The translations under genes were made by a program, and so were the position numbers. Shown piece by piece: positions 57,915-64,000 of a stretch of 64,000 nucleotides of DNA; the stretch's first letter is position 1; every line of letters begins with the position of its first letter. The notes under the pieces were generated by a model. It made no database searches and was not told the origin of the DNA. It saw nothing but the letters and a program-made list of their open reading frames with translations. This DNA is from Meyerozyma guilliermondii (Eukaryota), in assembly GCA_051546255.1 (NCBI GenBank), contig CP128815.1, positions 930,001 through 994,000 on the forward strand, written 5' to 3'.

Positions 57915-60278
57915 ATGATATCCCCCACGCGTATGCTGTCTCACGATCTGGGGTCCAAGATGTCCACCAACAGCGTGAGTCCAGATTCAAAAGCAAGCTT
58001 CGATGAAGAAATGGCACCTCATCCTGCTTCTTCGTCGTCGTCCACCGTCGGCTCGGCTCCACCTCTACTAGCACAAATTGGTCGAAGTAGCAGTAGTCTG
58101 GCTACTATCAAACTGACGAACACCCAGAATGGCTCAGGAGCACAGCTGCAAACCAAGAAAAGAAAAACATCTCATGTTCGTGCGTGTGATGCTTGTGCCA
58201 TTCGTAAAGTTAAATGTGACCTGAATCGACCTTGTAACCACTGTGTCAGTAACAAGATAACATGTACTCTGGTGAGACAACGCAAGAAGTGTGGACCGAA
58301 AAATTTGCACAAAAAGACCTTAGACTCCATCAGTAGTGTCAGTGTTCCCGACAGCCCAATCCGCGCTCCAGTACTGACAAAATATCTACTTTCCGATATA
58401 TCCAGCGCTGAGGTGGTGGAGCTTTTGCAAATGCTCAATCAGCCAACGGTGTTTTCGTTTCTCGCGCCGCTCACAGTTCCCTCAACGATCAAATCTTTTG
58501 CAAAGCATATCGAGTTCATCAACGATAATTCTGTCAATGAAGGTAGAATTCTTGTCGATCCTACAGATCCCATTTTCATCTCCAAATTATCGGTCATATT
58601 CACCCTTATACTAATCTTGATAGAGAATTTGATCAAACTTTTGTCTTTGAATCACGAGTTTAATTTTGAAGTACGCAACTTGACGTACTACAAGAACTTC
58701 AAACATCACCTACAAACAAAGTTGTCAGAAACATTGTCGACTTTGGACAAACTCCTCATCTTCCCCTCGTTTTCACTCCAATTCAAACAGCAGATAACCT
58801 ACTACAACCAAGCACTTACTTCATTGCATCTATTTCGCTACTACCAAATTGCAAGTCTCAATGAACAGCAAAAACTCATTTACCTTCGGAAAGCCATCAC
58901 GTTCTTCCAGCTCGTTAGTATCCCAGTGGGAAACAAGAGCGACTTGAGTACCGTGCAACTCTATGAATTATACGAAACCGTTTTTGAGCTGGAACGATTC
59001 AATCTTCTCTTTCAATTCAATCTTGTCTTGAAAGACTCCAACTTGCTCTTGCGAGAATGGGTATTTTCTGCCTCACTGCAAGTAAGCACCGACTATGACA
59101 ACTTCATGTTTCAAATGCTCAAAGTGTTAAACAAGTATGATCTTTTCAATGACAAGATTCTCGGAGCACTTTCATCGTACGCACTAGTTCCTTCGACGAG
59201 TTTCCGAGGAGAAAATGCCCTTGAGTCTGACGACCGTTACGTACCGCGCGTCAATTTCGAGGTGTTCAAGAAAGAGTTAGATATGGTTCAGGCCAAATAC
59301 AGCCCATCCGACTCCATCATCAAGAATGTCATCTTGTTCAAAATATTGGTGTTTTACTCCAAAAATCTCTACTTCAAAGTAACTGATCCTTTGTTCGAAA
59401 TCATCAACGGTATAAATGATGCGTTGGATCCTTCAGACAATATGCTTTCGTTAAGTTTATCCAACCAACAAGTGATACCACATCTCTTACAATTGTTACG
59501 CTTCTATGTGGATATTGAACAGCGGAGCAATGGTGCACCTGAATTTGTCAATAACAAAAGAAGCGTAATTGAATTGAGCCATAAGATTGTGGCTGTTTCG
59601 CCATTAGGCTACTGCAATGTCGATAATTTGATCCAATCCAATCGTCTGCTCAAATTTTGGTACGAAAGTCTTCCGCAACCTTATAACCGCAGCGATTCAG
59701 AAATGGAATGGAGACATAGTGCTGCTAATGACGCCAAAGAGCCCAACCTATATGAGCTTTTAGATGAGCTAGAGATATCGAATCTCATTTCCAATTCACA
59801 GACCCCTACCACAGTCATATCCAGCTCGGCACCACAAGCGCACACTATGGCTTTGCTACCACCACGACCCCATAGCACCCAATTGGAGCAGGCCATTTCC
59901 AACGGGCCATCTTCTCATGTTGAGGATACAATGGTCCCGTCAAAGGTTAATATCGAAAACGAAGTTGATTCAAATGTTACAAGCTTGAGTCCCAGTATCA
60001 ACTTGGCCGATTTCAACCCGGTGCCAATAACCGCACCTGCACCGCCGGTGATCACACCGGCCAATATTAAGCGAGAAGAGGTGCCGGAAATGAATCCGTT
60101 GGTTGTTTCAGAAAGCACTAAAAGTCTTTACAACCTCTTTAACCAGGTTCATGATGACTTGACTACGACTGCCAGCAGCAATAGTTTGAGTAATCTTTTC
60201 CATTTTGGAATGAACCGAGACTGGAAGCCACCTACGCAGGAAGAGATCAAGAATAGTACATCGGATTTTATGCTTTGA
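57915..60278 (+). CDS. Zn(II)2Cys6 transcription factor, Mal-activator/Suc1-like DNA-binding domain
   Basis: RACDACAIRKVKCDLNRPCNHCVSNKITCT followed by RKKCGPK; start may be one of three nearby ATGs. Confidence 0.88.
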   Translation: MISPTRMLSHDLGSKMSTNSVSPDSKASFDEEMAPHPASSSSSTVGSAPPLLAQIGRSSSSLATIKLTNTQNGSGAQLQTKKRKTSHVRACDACAIRKVKCDLNRPCNHCVSNKITCTLVRQRKKCGPKNLHKKTLDSISSVSVPDSPIRAPVLTKYLLSDISSAEVVELLQMLNQPTVFSFLAPLTVPSTIKSFAKHIEFINDNSVNEGRILVDPTDPIFISKLSVIFTLILILIENLIKLLSLNHEFNFEVRNLTYYKNFKHHLQTKLSETLSTLDKLLIFPSFSLQFKQQITYYNQALTSLHLFRYYQIASLNEQQKLIYLRKAITFFQLVSIPVGNKSDLSTVQLYELYETVFELERFNLLFQFNLVLKDSNLLLREWVFSASLQVSTDYDNFMFQMLKVLNKYDLFNDKILGALSSYALVPSTSFRGENALESDDRYVPRVNFEVFKKELDMVQAKYSPSDSIIKNVILFKILVFYSKNLYFKVTDPLFEIINGINDALDPSDNMLSLSLSNQQVIPHLLQLLRFYVDIEQRSNGAPEFVNNKRSVIELSHKIVAVSPLGYCNVDNLIQSNRLLKFWYESLPQPYNRSDSEMEWRHSAANDAKEPNLYELLDELEISNLISNSQTPTTVISSSAPQAHTMALLPPRPHSTQLEQAISNGPSSHVEDTMVPSKVNIENEVDSNVTSLSPSINLADFNPVPITAPAPPVITPANIKREEVPEMNPLVVSESTKSLYNLFNQVHDDLTTTASSNSLSNLFHFGMNRDWKPPTQEEIKNSTSDFML

Positions 60279-60719
60279 ATAGAATAATAGAAGTAGACAT
60301 TTGTGTGTTCCTGTGTAGGAGTGGAGTAGTCTTACCATCGTCGGACGGTAGTGCGCGGCTCGCATTTCTCCGTTGCTCAATCAAGGAACTGGACAGTAGG
60401 GCAGCACAAGCACCAACTGACTTTTGCGGTTATAATTGTCATTTGAAGGGACCCTGGACATCATAGCTTTTCAATAGAGACAAGAGAATACCATTTCTCA
60501 AGTTTTAAACCCCACCTCGAAATTCTGTGTTTTTTTTAGTATCGACCACTGACGATCTTGTTGATCAAGACAAGATACACAACCGAGGAACTCCCCATCC
60601 AATTCGTGCTCCCCTATCCCAATCATCTCATTGCCATTCTAGAGCGTGTTTTACAACATTTTCCCTGTACTTTTACTTTGTATTATTGTCGTGGACCCGA
60701 TTATACTGTGTAGATCGAG

Positions 60720-61772
60720 ATGGATTTAGACACCGACGTTCCAATGGAAGACGTAAGTGAGAGCCAACAATTGAGTCACACATTTGGAAATGACGAGTCT
60801 ACAAATAGTGCAAATCAGGGGTCATCCTCTTCAATAAGACAGGAAACTCCTGCTGCTTCCATTGACAAACTAGACCAATGGATTGAAAAACTTGCTAAAT
60901 GTGAACCATTATCAGAGGGAGATGTGAAACAATTATGTGACATGGCAATTGAAGTGTTGCAGTTTGAAGAAAATGTACAACCCGTCCATGTACCGGTGAC
61001 CATATGTGGAGATGTTCATGGTCAATTTCATGATTTGATGGAATTGTTTCAAATTGGAGGTCCATGTCCCGACACAAACTACCTTTTCATGGGCGATTAT
61101 GTTGATAGAGGTTATTACTCGGTCGAAACCGTATCATACTTGGTTTGTATGAAGGTACGTTTCCCCAATCGAATCACGATTTTAAGAGGAAATCACGAAT
61201 CCAGACAAATCACTCAAGTTTATGGATTCTATGACGAATGTTTGCGTAAGTACGGCTCGGCTACGGTATGGAAGTTGTTTACAGATCTCTTTGACTACTT
61301 CCCGATAACAGCATTGGTGGACAACAAAATTTTCTGCTTGCATGGTGGTTTATCGCCAATGATTGAAACCATCGATCAGGTAAGAGAGCTAAACAGGATC
61401 CAAGAAGTCCCCCACGAAGGACCCATGTGTGACTTACTATGGTCTGACCCTGATGATCGTGGTGGATGGGGTATATCTCCAAGAGGGGCCGGTTTCACTT
61501 TTGGTCAAGATATATCCGAACAGTTCAACCACACCAATGACCTCAGCTTGATTGCTCGTGCCCATCAGCTTGTGATGGAGGGTTACTCGTGGTCACATCA
61601 AGAGTCGGTAGTAACCATCTTTTCGGCTCCAAACTACTGTTACCGATGTGGAAACCAAGCTGCAATTATGGAAGTTGATGAACAGCATAATAGGCAGTTC
61701 TTACAATATGATCCTTCTATCCGTCCAGGAGAACCCACGGTTACGAGAAAAACACCCGACTACTTTTTATAA
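60720..61772 (+). CDS. PPH21: PP2A catalytic subunit
   Basis: [30 protein letters not shown]-terminal TPDYFL; acidic N-terminal extension. Confidence 0.96.
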   Translation: MDLDTDVPMEDVSESQQLSHTFGNDESTNSANQGSSSSIRQETPAASIDKLDQWIEKLAKCEPLSEGDVKQLCDMAIEVLQFEENVQPVHVPVTICGDVHGQFHDLMELFQIGGPCPDTNYLFMGDYVDRGYYSVETVSYLVCMKVRFPNRITILRGNHESRQITQVYGFYDECLRKYGSATVWKLFTDLFDYFPITALVDNKIFCLHGGLSPMIETIDQVRELNRIQEVPHEGPMCDLLWSDPDDRGGWGISPRGAGFTFGQDISEQFNHTNDLSLIARAHQLVMEGYSWSHQESVVTIFSAPNYCYRCGNQAAIMEVDEQHNRQFLQYDPSIRPGEPTVTRKTPDYFL

Positions 61773-61957
61773 TCAATACATGTTAAGCACCACTACTTGC
61801 AACCTGTGTGCCCGCACCACATTTCTAGCCAACCAGAAGTCGCGCATCGAAATTACCCAAGACTGTTTAACGGAACCAACCTCAAACTAGACGATTAACT
61901 AGACCTTTGTACCTCGTCTTTACGTCTTGCATACACTAGGTATATTCGTTAGCAAAC

Positions 61958-63106
61958 ATGTTGAGAGCTGCGAGACCACTCAACGTGGCTCAACGGTTCG
62001 GAACCAGAAATATCACCGTTCCCGTTTTGAAGGAAGATATCAATATTACCGCCAATGGTAAGGTAAATGTTGTTAGTGGACGTGGAGGACGTTCCTCCAG
62101 AACCGGATACACCGCCACTGTCTTTGGTGCTTCTGGATTTCTTGGTCGTTACTTGACATCTAAAATCGCCAAACATGGTACCTACACCATAGTGCCATTC
62201 AGAGACGAAATGAAGTCTAGATTCCTCAAGGTGTCAGGAGACTTGGGAGTGGTCAATTTCGTTGAGTTTGATGCCAGAAACTTGAAATCAATCGAGGATT
62301 CTGTGGCTCATTCCGATATCGTATACAACTGTATTGGTGCTGATTACAACACCAAAAACTTTTCTATGGCCGATGTCAACATTGGATTGACAGAAAGAAT
62401 CACTCAGGCCGTTAAAGACGCCGGCGTCCCCCGGTTTGTTCACGTGTCCTCGTACAATGCAAACCCACAATCCGACTCGGTTTTCTATGCCACCAAGGGA
62501 ATCGGTGAGCAGGTTGTTCGTGAGATTCTTCCTCAATCGACGATTGTGAGACCCGCTCCAATGTACGGACGTGAAGATACCTTGCTCAACTACTTGGGAC
62601 CCAAATTGAAGATGTGGACTCCCAACAAAAATGCTAAAGAGATATACCCAGTACATGTCCTCGACGTTGCCGAGGCCTTAGAAAAGATTGGATTCGACGA
62701 TAGCACCATTGGGCAAACTTACGAATTATACGGACCTGAAAAAATGAGTTTCTACGAAATTAGACAAATGATTCATGGTATCACCCAGGACTTTTCGCAA
62801 GCTGGTCCATTTTCTTACAACCATGGTGACTACCAAATTCCATTGCCTTTGGCCAAGTTGGCTGCACAGCTCAAGCAGTTTGCTTACTGGAAGTTGACCA
62901 ACCCTGACCAGATTCAAAGACACTTGATCGATCAAAAAATCGATGCTAGCGCCAAGACGTTCCAGGATTTGGGTCTCGAGACCACCCAGTTGGCCGATGT
63001 ATTGTTCACCTACGTCAAACAATGGAGACACCCATTGATCGCTCAAGAGGGAGCTTCGTCCACCAAAGAAAGCAAGAGATTACGCCAACTCGAGCACTTT
63101 ACATAG
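61958..63106 (+). CDS. Complex I 39/40-kDa accessory subunit (NDUFA9 orthologue, SDR fold)
   Basis: Presequence; GRGGRSSRTGYTATVFGASGFLGRY, LKVSGDLG, SDIVYNCIG, TIVRPAPMYGRED. Confidence 0.94.
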   Translation: MLRAARPLNVAQRFGTRNITVPVLKEDINITANGKVNVVSGRGGRSSRTGYTATVFGASGFLGRYLTSKIAKHGTYTIVPFRDEMKSRFLKVSGDLGVVNFVEFDARNLKSIEDSVAHSDIVYNCIGADYNTKNFSMADVNIGLTERITQAVKDAGVPRFVHVSSYNANPQSDSVFYATKGIGEQVVREILPQSTIVRPAPMYGREDTLLNYLGPKLKMWTPNKNAKEIYPVHVLDVAEALEKIGFDDSTIGQTYELYGPEKMSFYEIRQMIHGITQDFSQAGPFSYNHGDYQIPLPLAKLAAQLKQFAYWKLTNPDQIQRHLIDQKIDASAKTFQDLGLETTQLADVLFTYVKQWRHPLIAQEGASSTKESKRLRQLEHFT

Positions 63107-63212
63107 AGTCTACGTCTTTCGTAAGCAAATGCATTAATTATCGATCGCTCGGGAATCGCCGAAAAGATAAGCGAGACCTTCTCCCTCAAAATAATTTCAC
63201 AATAAACTAGTC

Positions 63213-63767
63213 ATGAGCCTAATTCCTGCTCTGGAGCTCTCGTCGCTGCCTGAGAAGGGTAGAGTTCTCGATATGTTGTTTGAACCGTGTGATGTGCTTC
63301 GAGAATTCCTTATCTCTGCGCTCTTAAGCCATAATGAAAAATACGATTCTTATGACCAATTTATAGAAACAGCCAGGAAACTGTTACTAGATTTTCTTTT
63401 AAGCGCTGAACTCGAAGCGTCATCAGGAAAGCCATTGGACCCTCGGATTTCCAAGATTATTGCTGCACACCCTCGTCTTGGAGCTCCCAAACCATCGCAA
63501 CCAGGAGAGAAACTTTCCGAGCATTCAGCAGCAGAACAAAAGTCTCTAGCAGATGCAGCCGAACAGTTGGGATACTGGAACGAAAAGTACGAAGAAACGT
63601 TTCCTGGTCTTCGCTACGTGGTGTTTGTCAATGGAAGATCTCGCGATGTGATAATGAAAAATATGAAAGTAAGAATAGAAAGAGGAGACATTAAGAAAGA
63701 GAGAGTGGAGGCATTCAATGCTATGTGTGATATTGCCCATGACAGGGCACTGAAGGCCAAGTTGTGA
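63213..63767 (+). CDS. OHCU decarboxylase (urate catabolism) with PTS1
   Basis: LFEP, AAHPRLG, LS..S..EQ, N..YE..FPGLRYVVFVNGRSR, AMCDIA.DR; ends in -AKL. Confidence 0.9.
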   Translation: MSLIPALELSSLPEKGRVLDMLFEPCDVLREFLISALLSHNEKYDSYDQFIETARKLLLDFLLSAELEASSGKPLDPRISKIIAAHPRLGAPKPSQPGEKLSEHSAAEQKSLADAAEQLGYWNEKYEETFPGLRYVVFVNGRSRDVIMKNMKVRIERGDIKKERVEAFNAMCDIAHDRALKAKL

Positions 63768-64000
63768 TAAAATTGGGAAGCATTCTACGCACGAGAAATC
63801 TTATCGCAATTAATGAACAAATTGAATTTATGAACAAAACTAATTGATTGTAGGAAGACAGGATCTGTTTAGGTCTGTTTGAAGAATTCATCGACAAATT
63901 GCCAGTGCCGAGAGCGAAGAACATTTTGATAGGAATAATTTATGGCCTAGTAGTCACCGATACAGCTAACTATTTTTTATAGCTGAATGGTAGTAGTCAG

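Noticed and set aside
58915..58921. Minus-strand TACTAAC inside the Zn-cluster CDS
   Set aside because: Antisense to a long intact ORF, with no supporting gene model.
63721..63924. 67-aa minus-strand ORF at the window end
   Set aside because: Overlaps the OHCU decarboxylase 3' end; no recognisable features.

Overview
Gene-dense, intron-poor chromosome segment of a budding yeast that appears to translate CUG as Ser (CUG-Ser clade). CTG codons sit at conserved-Ser positions in several genes, and the window has a complex I subunit and an OHCU decarboxylase, which S. cerevisiae lacks. About 37 protein-coding genes are present, mostly recognisable housekeeping genes in ancient syntenic blocks (RSM27-CCH1-ZPR1; MET30-PIG2; PPM2-RRP40; TRS20-SRB6-MTC4-DUT1; TIF1-GLG-RPS21-TRM2-LCB3-RHO4). 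Two spliced genes are missed by the ORF track: SRB6 (43-nt intron) and RPS21 (241-nt intron). I saw no tRNA, rRNA, transposon or CRISPR. Most notable: (1) an intact DAHP-synthase-like ORF that has lost nearly all catalytic residues but kept the Phe-type allosteric-pocket motifs and a perfect Gcn4 site, making it a candidate amino-acid-sensing pseudoenzyme; (2) an orphan, probably mitochondrial protein with three degenerate HMG-box-like repeats; (3) a divergent WDR8/WRAP73-like gene head-to-head with DSN1; (4) a probable decayed inverted paralogue of an orphan secreted-protein gene. All calls come from reading motifs by eye; no database search was run.
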